Assembly (NCBI GenBank): GCA_050260815.1
Contig: JBLNCQ010000144.1
Span: 2,024 to 66,023 of the forward strand
DNA from: Bacillota bacterium
Lineage (GTDB): Bacteria > Bacillota > Sulfobacillia > JAMDAP01
Reading direction: 5' to 3'
DNA length: 64,000 bases
The translations under genes were made by a program, and so were the position numbers. Positions 18,831 through 28,886 of the stretch are shown piece after piece (the first letter of the stretch is position 1; every line of letters begins with the position of its first letter). Below the pieces are notes generated by a model that had not been told where the DNA came from, did no database searches, and was given only the letters and a program-made list of their open reading frames with translations.

Positions 18831-21726
18831 TGCCGCGGATGATCTCGTCGAGGCGCGCCAACTCCTCTCGGGTGAGCCGGATGTGGAACATGTCGGTAAG
18901 TTCGCGGAGAGTCGCCGGCAACCAGGGCAGGCTGCCGCGGTGGTCCTGCTGGCGGTTGTGCAGCGCGGCGGGAGGCTCTGCGTCCGGCTCTGGGTGCGCC
19001 GGCGCGGGCTCCTGCAGAAGGCGGTCCTGTACCTTTCGCTCCAGCAGGCAGACCAGATGCATGGTGAGCCCCACGCGCAGTTCGTCATCCATGGGCCGTT
19101 CCAGGTACTGCTCCATGGAGCGGAGTGCCTTCAGCACAACGGGCACGGTGGCGGCCGGGTTGGTGACCTTCAGCTGATCACCCAGGGAGGCGGCCATGCG
19201 CAGGAACACGGTCTCCCGGTCGTCAGGGCCCGTACCGCTTCCGGCAGCCGCGCCGGCGCCTGTTCCCGCGGGCCCGCCACCGCCGTCTGCCGGGCTGCGT
19301 CCGCCGGCGCCCTCTTCCGCAAGGCGCCGAAGCCGGCGGGCACCCTGGCCCACCACCATCTCCTCCGTGCTGACGTAAGGCACGCCTGGGATATGGGGGT
19401 GGAACGGGCCCACGGCAGCCAGCAGGCGCCTGGAGCTGAGGAGCGTGGAGACCAGCCGGTTCCAGCCGGGACCGGCGCCAATGCTGGACGGGATCACCTC
19501 CACTCGCGACAGGTCCTGGCCCAGGGACTCGCGCACCATGCGGGCCAGGGTGTGGGCACTGCCGGCGCCGGTAAAGCAGAACGTGAGCACGACCTGAGGC
19601 AGGCTCTGGGTGGCGTCGCGCTCCAGCAGGCTGGCGCGGGCCGTCAACACGGCGTGGTACACCTGGTCCAAGGTAGCGCCCGGGATGCTGGCCTGGTGTA
19701 CGGCCTCCAACACCAGTGGCGTGCTGGCCATACCGATGGTCCGCACCTGAATACCGGCGCGCTGGGCCACTGCCTCGCCCATGGTCTCTGGCGAGCCCAT
19801 ATCGGCCAGCAGCAGCAGCCCGCCCGGAAAGCGACCCGCCTTCGCCATGTTCACCAGCCTGTCCTGGACCTGGGCGGGATCCTCATCCAGGGGCATATCG
19901 ACGGCCTGCGCCAGATCGGTGGCGGTCAGGGCGTGGGCAACGTCCACCATGGCCGAGGCTACCCTGCCATGAGCCACCACCGCCACCCCAACCGAGTCTT
20001 CAGCCGGAGCCGTCTCGTCGGGGGCGAGCAGCATGGCGGCAAAGGCCGCGTCGCCGGCGGGCAGGGTGCAGTGGAGTTCCCGCCCCAGGAGTTCAACAAT
20101 CCCCTCCGCCACCTTGGCTTCCGGCGATTCAACTGGCGGGGCCGGGAGGCTGTAGTCCAGGATCTGCCCGGACCTCAGCCGTTCCACCGAGGCGCGGACG
20201 TGCAAAGCCAGGGCGTACAGGATCTGCTCCGGCAGGGCCCGGCCCAGGCGCTCTTCCGCCCAGAGCACGGCCTTTTCCGCCGCTCGGAGCACTTCCTGTC
20301 CCACCAGGTTGGACAGCTCCTGACGCTGGGTCTGGTGGCGGCGCCGGACCTGGTCCACAAAGCCCTTGAAGTGAGACGCGATGCTGCGGCGTACCACCTT
20401 CTCCGCCTCGGGGCCGGACATACCCCGGCTGGTGAGGTCCTGCATCTGCTGCTCGATGAGGCCGTAGAAGCTGATGGGCCCCGCTTCGCCGTCGGTATCG
20501 GCGTGGGGGGAGGTCCGCTTCTGCGCCACCATCCGGTCGCCCAGGGAGCTGAGCAGGGCGGCAGCCTCCCGGCTGCGCTGCCGAGCGGGCGGCACCGTCC
20601 GCTGCACATGCTCCGGCAGGTGGGCGGGGGTCAGCTCCATGGGCTCCCGCGGCTGCGTCAGGTACTCCAGGAACAGACGGGCACACGCCAACTGGACGTC
20701 TGTCTTCAGCTGGCCCACGTTGCCCAGGCACTCGTACTCCAGCAGCATCCGCAGGGTGTCGTGCGGCACGACGATATCCACGCCGATCTTGGTGGCCTCC
20801 GCACGCAGGAAGCGGCGGACGAAGCGGAATCGCTCTTCCACGGTGCGCTCCGACAAGGCCGGTAGGGCGATCACCATGGGAATCCGTCGGGCGAAGGTCC
20901 TGAGCAAGGCCGAGTCTGGCCGTTCCGTGGTTGCGGCGATGATCATCACCCGGGCATGGCGCTCCTGGCCGGTCTCGCCCAGGCGCCGGTAAACGCCCTT
21001 GTCGATGAGGCGGAACAGCATCTCCTGCCCCTCAGCGGGGAGGCGATGCACCTCGTCCAGGAAGAGAATGCCGCTGTGGGCGTGGTCCACCAGCCCGATC
21101 TGCTCCTTGTCGGCACCGGTGTATGCCCCCTTCACGGCGCCAAAGAGGTGGGCCATGAGCAACTGGGGATTGTTGGCATAGTCCGCACAGTTCAGCGTGA
21201 CGAGGGGCGCGCCGGCGGGGAGCCTGCTTGAGGCGATGGCGAACTGGTGCATGCGCTCGGCCAGCAGCGACTTGCCCACGCCAGTGGGGCCCACCAGCAG
21301 GGTGTGCAGCCCCGCCGGCGGGTAGAGGACCGCCGCCCTGGCCTGCTCCACCTGGCCGCGCAGGCTGTCCTGGGCGCCGATCAGCTCGGTCAGGGGATCC
21401 GACCCCGCGGTGGGCGAGGCTCCCACCACCGGAGTCGGAGACGGTGCGGCCCGGGTCGCCTTACCAGATGCTGCTCCGCATGCAGCCCCCAGGCGAGATT
21501 CTACCCCAGTCCCGTGAAGCCGCTGATAGACGTCTCGATCCCAGAAGAGGACCGGCCGGCCGGGGATCTTCACCGCCAGACCTCGGCGCCAGAGTTCGTT
21601 GAGGTCGGCGCTGACGTTGTGACGCGCCGCGCCCAGCAGGCCGGCCAGCTCCGCTGCGTCAAGCCCCCGCCGCTGGTCACTGCACTGCCTGGACAAAAGC
21701 TGATGCGTCCTCTGCAGACGGTTCAT
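18799..21726 (-). CDS. LevR-type sigma-54-dependent transcriptional activator (HTH, AAA+, PRD, EIIA-Man, EIIB-Gat-like, PRD)
   Basis: GAFTGA-like loop (KGAYTGA), Walker A GPTGVGKS, PRD histidines and an EIIA-Man-like VAHG segment; start MNRLQ with an AGGGGGAA RBS. Confidence 0.85.
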   Translation of the reverse strand: MNRLQRTHQLLSRQCSDQRRGLDAAELAGLLGAARHNVSADLNELWRRGLAVKIPGRPVLFWDRDVYQRLHGTGVESRLGAACGAASGKATRAAPSPTPVVGASPTAGSDPLTELIGAQDSLRGQVEQARAAVLYPPAGLHTLLVGPTGVGKSLLAERMHQFAIASSRLPAGAPLVTLNCADYANNPQLLMAHLFGAVKGAYTGADKEQIGLVDHAHSGILFLDEVHRLPAEGQEMLFRLIDKGVYRRLGETGQERHARVMIIAATTERPDSALLRTFARRIPMVIALPALSERTVEERFRFVRRFLRAEATKIGVDIVVPHDTLRMLLEYECLGNVGQLKTDVQLACARLFLEYLTQPREPMELTPAHLPEHVQRTVPPARQRSREAAALLSSLGDRMVAQKRTSPHADTDGEAGPISFYGLIEQQMQDLTSRGMSGPEAEKVVRRSIASHFKGFVDQVRRRHQTQRQELSNLVGQEVLRAAEKAVLWAEERLGRALPEQILYALALHVRASVERLRSGQILDYSLPAPPVESPEAKVAEGIVELLGRELHCTLPAGDAAFAAMLLAPDETAPAEDSVGVAVVAHGRVASAMVDVAHALTATDLAQAVDMPLDEDPAQVQDRLVNMAKAGRFPGGLLLLADMGSPETMGEAVAQRAGIQVRTIGMASTPLVLEAVHQASIPGATLDQVYHAVLTARASLLERDATQSLPQVVLTFCFTGAGSAHTLARMVRESLGQDLSRVEVIPSSIGAGPGWNRLVSTLLSSRRLLAAVGPFHPHIPGVPYVSTEEMVVGQGARRLRRLAEEGAGGRSPADGGGGPAGTGAGAAAGSGTGPDDRETVFLRMAASLGDQLKVTNPAATVPVVLKALRSMEQYLERPMDDELRVGLTMHLVCLLERKVQDRLLQEPAPAHPEPDAEPPAALHNRQQDHRGSLPWLPATLRELTDMFHIRLTREELARLDEIIRGSVLGEDKLSS

Positions 21727-21927
21727 GCGGTTTCCCCCTGAAAGAACCCGGGGCGGACACGGCGCCCGCTGGGATGGGTGGAGGAATGACAGAACTGGCA
21801 GATAGTTCGACCCTGACACCGCCCGTCACCTGCCACGGGGGAGAGGTGTGGGGTCTCACGGAAGCCCCCACAGGGTTGCGCCGGCCCTGAGTCCGAGCGG
21901 GCCTGGGAGGTCAGGAAGGCGGGCTCC

Positions 21928-22439
21928 ATGTACAAGTCGGATGGGGGCACGACGACTCAGGAAGTGCGGTGGAACCTCTCCGACATGAAGCTTGTCTCCA
22001 TTGACCGGCAGACGCAGTTCTCCGTCGACGGACATCACCAGGAAGTGGCCGTTTCGTCCTCCGGCGGCAATCGACGGATCAAGGTGACCAGCGACTTTGG
22101 GGGTAGGCAGGTTTATGACCTGCCCGACGACTCGCTGGTGCTGGACGAATGGGCCTGGCGTCTGTCCGCGCTGCCCTTCCGAAACGGCATGACGATGCGC
22201 GCCACCATGGTCTGGCCCAACCGCTGGTCGGAGAAAGCCAATGCATCCGTGGTCGTCACCGAACCGCAGATTCTACAGGCCCGACGCGGGGGCCGCGCAC
22301 GGTACCGGCGGGTTCCTTCGACACCTGGCGGGTGACGATGGGCCAGGACCAGACTGCCGTGTACGACGCCGAGGGCGAGCACACACTGTTGCGGTACGAT
22401 AACGGGGTCATCACCTACATCCTGGTCAAGGCCGAATGA
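21928..22439 (+). pseudogene. hypothetical protein, frameshifted near the G5 run at 22288-22292
   Basis: Two overlapping ORFs (21928..22335 and 22149..22439) join into one plausible protein after a 1-nt shift. Confidence 0.4.
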
Positions 22440-23111
22440 TGGGCTACCATATAGGACCCGCTTGCCAATCCTGCCGGGATTGAGGTTGTGAACGTCCCGT
22501 CGTCCTGCACGTCGGCATTGAAAGTCGACTTCAAGCGAGGAGACGTCATCGGTAATCGTGAAGACCGCGGTTCCAGCCTTCGTCACGTCACCGGCAAGCG
22601 AACCATCGGGGTCCTGGGTGAAGCTTCCACTGAGGTTGATGGCGGTGTCCGCCGTGGCTCTCGTGTCACCGGTGAAGGCCAGCGCTCCGCTTTCAGTCGT
22701 GACCTGCACCGTGCCTAGCCCCGGAGTAGTCAGCCCATCGAAGGTTGCCTCAATGGAGTAAGCCCCCAAGGCAGTCCCCGAGATGGTTACGGACGACTGC
22801 GTGGTTGGTGAGGTGACCGGGTTGACGGTCAGGGACGGTGGGATCGGGTCGGTGTACATCATATAAACGTCTTGCCACCGCCGAGGTCGAAGCCGCGGAT
22901 CACGCCCGTGCTGATCGCCCGGTCCAAGTAGTTGGCAGGCCAGGGCTTCGAGGGGTCAGCCTTTATCCCCTGGAATTTCATTCAGGAAGGCGACCGCCTG
23001 AGCAGATGTCAGCTCACCGTCCGGGTCAAACGATCCGTCCGGCAGCCCGATGGCATCGCCGCCCGCCTTCTCCACCAGCGCCTTGGCCATCGCGATGTAC
23101 GCGGATCTCAT
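22440..23111 (-). pseudogene. cell-surface protein remnant with SLH-like segments and an Ig-like Thr/Ser-rich region, disrupted by stop and frameshifts
   Basis: SLH-like motifs (PWPANYLDRAISTGVIRGFDLGG; GSFDPDGELTSAQAVAFLNE) in separate frames, followed by a T/S/G-rich beta region; no signal peptide. Confidence 0.35.
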
Positions 23112-23220
23112 CACGCGGTTGACCCCCCATCGGACCGATTAGTGGCGCGAGATGTATAGAGTATCTGTACTATAAATACTTGCGCAAAACACGTCGGACT
23201 TCGCCGCGGCAGACGAGAAC

Positions 23221-23253
23221 AGAGGCTGCATCCACGCGGTGGTTGCAGCCTCT
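23221..23253 (-). terminator. 10-bp perfect hairpin downstream of the TPP-enzyme gene
   Basis: AGAGGCTGCA pairs with TGCAGCCTCT around a 13-nt loop; a U-rich tail follows on the minus strand. Confidence 0.4.
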
Positions 23254-23292
23254 ATTCGCAGCTCCGGAATGCACAGCCGACGGCGCGCTCGA

Positions 23293-24954
23293 CTACACCA
23301 GCGGCACCGGAGTTGGGTCAATCATGACCTCGACCAGGCGGGGCCCGTGGGAGACAGCGGGGCTACCCATCCCAGACCCGCCAGCCGCGCCGAAGGCCTG
23401 CTCAAAGGCGTCGGCGAAGGCCGGTCCTACCTGGTCGGGCGATGTGACGCGCACGGCAGGCACGCCAAGGGCGGACGCCGCTGCCGAGATGTCCAGGCCA
23501 GGCAGATCCAGGCCCGGCACCTTCTTCTCCTGGCCGGGATAGAAGGACTGGGCGTACCCCTTCAGAATGCCGTACTGCCCGTTGTTCAGGATGACGAACA
23601 CCACGCCTGCCTTTTCCCGGGCGGCGGTCCACAGGGCCTGGATGCTGTACAGGGACGAGCCGTCGCCGACCACGGCCACCACCGGCCGCGTCGGGTCAGC
23701 CAGGGCCAGCCCCGTGGCCGCCGGCATTGCCCAGCCCAGGCCGCCGCTGTACGCGGTGAAGTAGCTGCCGGGCGTGCGAGGCGGCAGGTAGTCGCGCAGG
23801 GTCAGGCTGTTGGAGATGGACTCGTCCACCACCACCGTCTCCGGCGTTACGTGGGACGACAGGGTGTGCAGTACGAACGCGGCGCCCATCTTCTCGCGGA
23901 CGCGGGCGGCAGCGGAGCGCCGCTTCGCCACCTCGACGGCGCGGGAGGGGAGGGGCTGGGGACGGGGCGTCACCGCCCCGGCCAGGGCGGCCAGGGTCTC
24001 GCGGACGCCCGCCACCAGGGCCGACCCCACGGGGGCACGGGCGGCGTCGTCCGGGTCATCCGTCACCAGCCACAGCACGGCGCCGGGTGGGACCACCGGG
24101 CCGGGCACGTTGGGGTAGTAGAGGAAGGCGGGGGCTCCCACCACCAGGACCAGATCGTGTCCCAATAACGTCTGGGCAATGAGACCCTGGGCGGGTTTGA
24201 GATGGCCGGCAAAGAGGGGGTGGTCCCCGGGGAACGCGGCCCGGGGAGCCAGGGGCTCGGCCCAGACGGGCAGGGAGAACCGCTCGGCGAGGGCCACGGC
24301 CTCGGCCCAGGCGCCGCTGCGGTCGATGCCGGAGCCCGCCACCATGACCGGGTTGGCGGCCGCGTTCAGCGCCGAGACCAGCGCCGCAAGCTGGGGAGAA
24401 GAAGGCGCCCCGGCAAGGACAACATCGCGCGGCTCCACGTACTCCGCGGGCTGCTCCCAGAAGTCCATCGGGATGGAGAGAAAGACCGGCCCAGTGGGCG
24501 GCGTCATGGCGATGTGGTAGGCGCGCTCCAGCGCGGCCGGGACCTCCGCCGCCACGGCGGGCTGGTGCGCCCACTTCACCAACGGTCGGGCGATGCCCAC
24601 CAGCGGCCCGGAGAGCAGCGGGTCGTAACGCAGCATGCGGGTGTCCTGCTGGCCCGCGGTGACGATGAGGGGCGTCTTGTTCTTGAGCGCCGTGAACAGG
24701 GCGCCCATGGCGTTGCCCAGGCCGGGGGCGGTGTGAAGGTTCAGGAAGGCGGGGTGCCCGGACGACTGGGCGTAGCCGTCGGCCATGGCCAGAGCTACGC
24801 TCTCTTGCAGGGCCAGCACGTAGTGCATGTCAGCCGGGAAGTCGGAGAGGAACCCCAGCTCCGTGGAGCCGGGGTTGCCGAAGACGTGCCGGATGCCCCT
24901 GGCCTGCAGCCAGCGGTAGACGGCGCTGTGGACGGTATCAGCCACGTTCGCCAA
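23293..24954 (-). CDS. thiamine-pyrophosphate enzyme (benzoylformate decarboxylase / acetolactate synthase large-subunit family)
   Basis: TPP-binding GDGS..NN motif and three-domain architecture; 553 aa. Confidence 0.8.
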   Translation of the reverse strand: MANVADTVHSAVYRWLQARGIRHVFGNPGSTELGFLSDFPADMHYVLALQESVALAMADGYAQSSGHPAFLNLHTAPGLGNAMGALFTALKNKTPLIVTAGQQDTRMLRYDPLLSGPLVGIARPLVKWAHQPAVAAEVPAALERAYHIAMTPPTGPVFLSIPMDFWEQPAEYVEPRDVVLAGAPSSPQLAALVSALNAAANPVMVAGSGIDRSGAWAEAVALAERFSLPVWAEPLAPRAAFPGDHPLFAGHLKPAQGLIAQTLLGHDLVLVVGAPAFLYYPNVPGPVVPPGAVLWLVTDDPDDAARAPVGSALVAGVRETLAALAGAVTPRPQPLPSRAVEVAKRRSAAARVREKMGAAFVLHTLSSHVTPETVVVDESISNSLTLRDYLPPRTPGSYFTAYSGGLGWAMPAATGLALADPTRPVVAVVGDGSSLYSIQALWTAAREKAGVVFVILNNGQYGILKGYAQSFYPGQEKKVPGLDLPGLDISAAASALGVPAVRVTSPDQVGPAFADAFEQAFGAAGGSGMGSPAVSHGPRLVEVMIDPTPVPLV

Positions 24955-24963
24955 CCTCCTCGC

Positions 24964-25926
24964 TTAACGTCCCGCCACCACCACGTCGGCCAAGGGCCGC
25001 TTGTCCAGATAGCGCAGCAGGTTCTGCACGGCGCCCTGGGCGATGCGGCTCTGGGCGTCCACGGTCACGCCGGCACCGTGGGGCGTCAGCAGGACGTTGG
25101 GCAGGCGGCGCAGGGGGTGGCCGGCGGGCGGGGGCTCCTGGGAGAAGACGTCCAGGGCCGCGCCGCCCAGGTGATCCTCCAGGACGCGGCAGAGCGCGTC
25201 CTCGTCCACTACTTCGGCACGGGACGTGTTGATGAGGTAGGCCCCGGCCTTCATGGAGCGGAGCCGTTCCTCGCCCAGGAGGTGGCGCGTGCCGGGCGTG
25301 AGCGGCAGGTGGAGGGTGACCACGTCGGCTGCCGGAAGCAGGTCCGCCAGGTCCACCCGGGTAGCCCCCAGGGCGTCCTCGTCCTCCGGCGAGAGGGCGA
25401 CCTGGTCGCTGTACAGGAGGGTCACGCCGAAGGGCAGCAGGCGTTTCGCCACCTCGCGGCCGATGCGGCCCATGCCCACAATGCCCACGGTTTGACCGAG
25501 GAGGTCGCGGGCTCCACCCATCCACTGGGGAAGGGGCCACTGGCCGGAGACCATCCTGTTATGGGCCGGCACCAGCCCGCGCACCAGCGCCAGGGCGGCC
25601 ATCACCACGTGCTCCGCCACGCTGACGATGTTGGCCCCGGTGACGTTGGCCACGGTGATGCCGGCCTCCGATGCGGCCGCCAGGTCCACGTGGTCCACGC
25701 CCACGCCGGGTACCTGGATGAACTTGAGGCCCTTGGCCGCGGCGATCAACTCGGCTGTGACCGGGTAGAAGGCGGAGGCCAGCAGCACCTCCGCGTCGAT
25801 CACCTGCTGCCGGAGCTGGTCGTCGGCTCCCACAACCTCCACGTCATGGCCCTGAAACACGGCTTTGAGCATCATGGCCTGAGACTCCAGGTTCTTTGAA
25901 GGAGGCAGCGCGGCAACAACCTTCAT
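24964..25926 (-). CDS. D-isomer-specific 2-hydroxyacid dehydrogenase
   Basis: NAD-binding GxGxIG motif (VGIVGMGRIG) and catalytic R/E/H positions; GGGAGGA RBS. Confidence 0.8.
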   Translation of the reverse strand: MKVVAALPPSKNLESQAMMLKAVFQGHDVEVVGADDQLRQQVIDAEVLLASAFYPVTAELIAAAKGLKFIQVPGVGVDHVDLAAASEAGITVANVTGANIVSVAEHVVMAALALVRGLVPAHNRMVSGQWPLPQWMGGARDLLGQTVGIVGMGRIGREVAKRLLPFGVTLLYSDQVALSPEDEDALGATRVDLADLLPAADVVTLHLPLTPGTRHLLGEERLRSMKAGAYLINTSRAEVVDEDALCRVLEDHLGGAALDVFSQEPPPAGHPLRRLPNVLLTPHGAGVTVDAQSRIAQGAVQNLLRYLDKRPLADVVVAGR

Positions 25927-26081
25927 GGGCTCGATCCTCCCGTCCGCAGGACAAAGTGCCCCCATACTTCCACGCCGAGTTTTCTGACACCTGCCGGGCG
26001 GCGCAGCCCTGGGGGCGCCGTGCCCGGTTGAGATGCTCCCGGCGCAGTGGGACAATAGGGAGGAATTCTGCCCACCTGGAG

Positions 26082-26906
26082 GTGCCCATCCTGAGCCTGG
26101 TCTTTGCCTGCATCCTGCCCCATGGAGGCGAGTGCCTGCCCGAGTTCGCGGGTGAGAACCCGGAGCGTGCCGCCCGAACGCGCGCCGCCATGGCGGAAGT
26201 GGGTCGTCGCCTGGAGGAGAAGAAGCCCGACGTGGTGGTAGTGGCCACGCCCCACGGCATCGCCGTGCCCGGTGGCTTCTGTCTGCCCCTGGGGGAGGTG
26301 GCCGCCGGCGAGATGAGCGAGGGAGAGGCCACCGTGGGCGCCGGGTTTGTCCTGGACACGCGGCTGGGCTGGGACATCGGCAGGCGCGCCGCCGGGGCTC
26401 AGGTGCCAGTGGTACCCGTCTATTTTCCGCCCGGCAGCCCCGTGCCCCTAGACTGGGGCGCGCTGATTCCTCTGTACTACGCTGGCCGCTCCTACAGTCA
26501 CCGGCCCGAGGTTGTGGTCTTTACTCCCACGCCCGAGGGTCCGCTGGAGCAGCAGGTGGAAATGGGACGGGCTCTGGCGGAGGCCGCTGTGGCCAGCAAG
26601 AAGCGCGTGGCCTTCATTGCCAGCGCGGACCAGGGTCACTGCCACGACCCGGAGGGGCCCTACGGCTTCGACGAAATGTCGGCCCGATGGGACCGCTTCT
26701 TCTGCGAGGCGGTGGAGGCGCAGGACCTGGGCCGCCTCCTTGCAGCCGATCCCGACATGGTGGAGCGGGGCAAGCCGGACAGCCTGTGGCAAGCGCTGAT
26801 CCTGCACGGCGTCCTGCAGAAGGTCCCCATGAATGGCGAACTGCTCTCCTACGAGGTGCCCACGTACTTCGGCATGGCTTGCGCCGCTTACGAACCTGCT
26901 GGCTAG
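26082..26906 (+). CDS. extradiol ring-cleavage dioxygenase, class III (LigB/DODA family)
   Basis: LigB-like N-terminus (ACILPHGGE); the start is tentatively GTG 26082, the only in-frame start near GGAGG. Confidence 0.55.
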   Translation: MPILSLVFACILPHGGECLPEFAGENPERAARTRAAMAEVGRRLEEKKPDVVVVATPHGIAVPGGFCLPLGEVAAGEMSEGEATVGAGFVLDTRLGWDIGRRAAGAQVPVVPVYFPPGSPVPLDWGALIPLYYAGRSYSHRPEVVVFTPTPEGPLEQQVEMGRALAEAAVASKKRVAFIASADQGHCHDPEGPYGFDEMSARWDRFFCEAVEAQDLGRLLAADPDMVERGKPDSLWQALILHGVLQKVPMNGELLSYEVPTYFGMACAAYEPAG

Positions 26907-27202
26907 GACCTCAAGGACCCGGTAGGCCCCGCGTTCATGGCGCCGCCGGAGTGCCGGCGAGAATCCTAAGCAGGGTTGGAGGCGGGACCTGCCACAATCC
27001 AGGTGCCGTTCCGGCGGGCGCGCCGCCGGATCCGCCAGGGACAGGAAGCGTGTCGCGTCTCCGCAGGCCGCGGCCTTGGCCCGTTCCGCCACGGCCTGCC
27101 TGGCTCGTGCCCGGAGGTGGGCCGAGGCTGCATGGGGGGCTGTCCCAATTCCCTCGCCAATTGCGGCGGCGTGGTCCTGTATTTGCCTTTTTGCGGCGGT
27201 CG

Positions 27203-27219
27203 ATATACAATGTGTATAT
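27203..27219. promoter_or_regulatory. operator palindrome ATATACA-ATG-TGTATAT overlapping the vapBC promoter
   Basis: Perfect 7-bp inverted repeat within the TTGCGG-N18-TATATA promoter-like sequence, 20 bp upstream of the antitoxin start. Confidence 0.45.
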
Positions 27220-27238
27220 ACAGGAAAGGAGGCCGACC

Positions 27239-27505
27239 ATGGCGGAGTCACGCCTCACGCCCATACGGATTCCGGTTGACCTGCTGCAGGCCATCGACGA
27301 ACATGTAGGCGCAGGACAGCGCAGCAAGTTCATTGTCGAGGCTGCGGAGCGCGAACTGGTCCGACAGCGGCAACTTCGGGCCCTTGCGAAATCAGCTGGC
27401 GCCTGGAGCGATGAGGACCACCCGGAGATGCCTACTACCGCTGAGGGTATGGCGGAGTACATGCGCCAGACTCGTGAAAAGGCCGACCGGAGCCGGCGTG
27501 GATGA
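27239..27505 (+). CDS. vapB: ribbon-helix-helix (CopG-like) antitoxin
   Basis: 88 aa with an N-terminal RHH; AAGGAGG RBS; ATGA overlap with the toxin gene. Confidence 0.7.
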   Translation: MAESRLTPIRIPVDLLQAIDEHVGAGQRSKFIVEAAERELVRQRQLRALAKSAGAWSDEDHPEMPTTAEGMAEYMRQTREKADRSRRG

Positions 27506-27891
27506 GCCAGACGCCTGTGTATCTTCTCGATACTGACGTCTTGATCTGGCACCTTCGTAACCGGCCCGACGCAACGGCGCTGCTGACCAGGCTGGTCGAC
27601 GACGGCCCCCTGGCGTGCTCGGCCTTAACGGTGTCTGAACTCCTGCAGAACGTCAGAACCCATGAGGTTGCCCGGGTAGAGGACTTGCTTGAAAGTCTGA
27701 TCATAGCGCCCGTTGACTCGAAGGTCGCCAGGTTGGCGGCGAGTATCATCCGTCAGCGTGGGCCGGGCTACGTCGATTGTCATATTGCGGCAACATCCAT
27801 TCTGCTCGGAGCGCCCCTTGTTACCTACAACCGAAAGGATTACATGCGTACAGGTGCCGTCCTGTTCGACACGTCAGAGTGGCAACCATAA
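27502..27891 (+). CDS. vapC: PIN-domain ribonuclease toxin
   Basis: PIN acidic residues (LLDTDVLI.., ..DCHIAAT..); 129 aa. Confidence 0.75.
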   Translation: MSQTPVYLLDTDVLIWHLRNRPDATALLTRLVDDGPLACSALTVSELLQNVRTHEVARVEDLLESLIIAPVDSKVARLAASIIRQRGPGYVDCHIAATSILLGAPLVTYNRKDYMRTGAVLFDTSEWQP

Positions 27892-27962
27892 GGGCCGCCC
27901 CGTGAGGGAGCGGCCCTGGGGGCCGTTCGTCCCGGGCACGGCCCTCCGCATGGCTCCAAGAA

Positions 27963-28886
27963 CTAGGCGCCCGCGGCGGCCGGCACCGCGACCCCGCTGC
28001 GCTCCTCCTGCATGAGCCACATATAGGCGTCCTCCAGGCTGGGGGCAACCGCCTGAGCCCCCTCCACAGGCAGTTCACCGGCCACCATCCGGTAGCGCGT
28101 GCGGTCGCCCAGGTGAACGGTACCCACCAGGGTCACGCCGGCGGGGGGACGCTGCCCGGCCGGAAGTTCCACCTCCCAGACGCAGCCGCTGGCCCCCTGG
28201 ATCAGCTCCTTGGGGGTGCCGCGGAAATGGATGCGGCCCCGGTTCAGGAGGGCTAGTTCGCGGCAGGTTTGGGCAACGTCCTCGACGATGTGAGTGCTCA
28301 GCAGCACCAGGCGGTCGCCGGCCAGGTCCGCCAGCAGGTCGCGGAAGCGGACGCGCTCCTCCGGGTCGAGGCCGGCGGTGGGCTCGTCCACCACCAGCAC
28401 GTGCGGGTCGGCCAGCAGGGCCTGGGCGATGCCCACCCGGCGCTTCATGCCGCCGGAGTAGCCGCCCAGACGGCGCCGGGCCACGTCCTGCAGGCCCACC
28501 ATCTCCAGAACTTCGTGGACGCGGCGGCGACGGACGGCCGCGTCGTCCATTTCCTTGAGCGTGCCGATGTAGTCCAGGAACTGAAAGGCCGTCAGGTCCG
28601 GGTAGAAGCCCAGGTCCTGGGGCAGGTAGCCCAATATGCGCCGCACCCGGGTCTTGCCGGGTTCGCGGGTGACGTCTTCACCGCCCATCAGCACCGTCCC
28701 CTCCGTGGGCTGGATCAGACCCACCAGAACCCGAAGCAGGGTGGTCTTGCCGGCGCCGTTCGGCCCCAGCAGGCCGAACATGCCCGACTCCACCATCAGG
28801 TCGATGCCTCGCAGCGCTTCCACCGAGCCGAAGTGCTTGCGAAGATTGCGGACTTGCAGGTTCATGGTCCATGCACTCCCATTCAT
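27963..28886 (-). CDS. ABC transporter ATP-binding protein
   Basis: Walker A GPNGAGKTT, signature YSGGMKRR, Walker B LVVDEP. Confidence 0.85.
   Translation of the reverse strand: MNGSAWTMNLQVRNLRKHFGSVEALRGIDLMVESGMFGLLGPNGAGKTTLLRVLVGLIQPTEGTVLMGGEDVTREPGKTRVRRILGYLPQDLGFYPDLTAFQFLDYIGTLKEMDDAAVRRRRVHEVLEMVGLQDVARRRLGGYSGGMKRRVGIAQALLADPHVLVVDEPTAGLDPEERVRFRDLLADLAGDRLVLLSTHIVEDVAQTCRELALLNRGRIHFRGTPKELIQGASGCVWEVELPAGQRPPAGVTLVGTVHLGDRTRYRMVAGELPVEGAQAVAPSLEDAYMWLMQEERSGVAVPAAAGA

Noticed and set aside
18748-20865. 705-aa plus-strand ORF antisense to the LevR-like gene
   Set aside because: Low-complexity R/G/A/H-rich product; the minus-strand gene has unambiguous AAA+/PRD/EIIA domains.
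23239-26377. Several 200-560 aa antisense ORFs over the TPP-enzyme, dehydrogenase and dioxygenase genes (e.g. 24202..25899, 25844..26377, 26448..27251)
   Set aside because: All are opposite well-supported genes and have Arg/Gly/Pro-rich junk composition.
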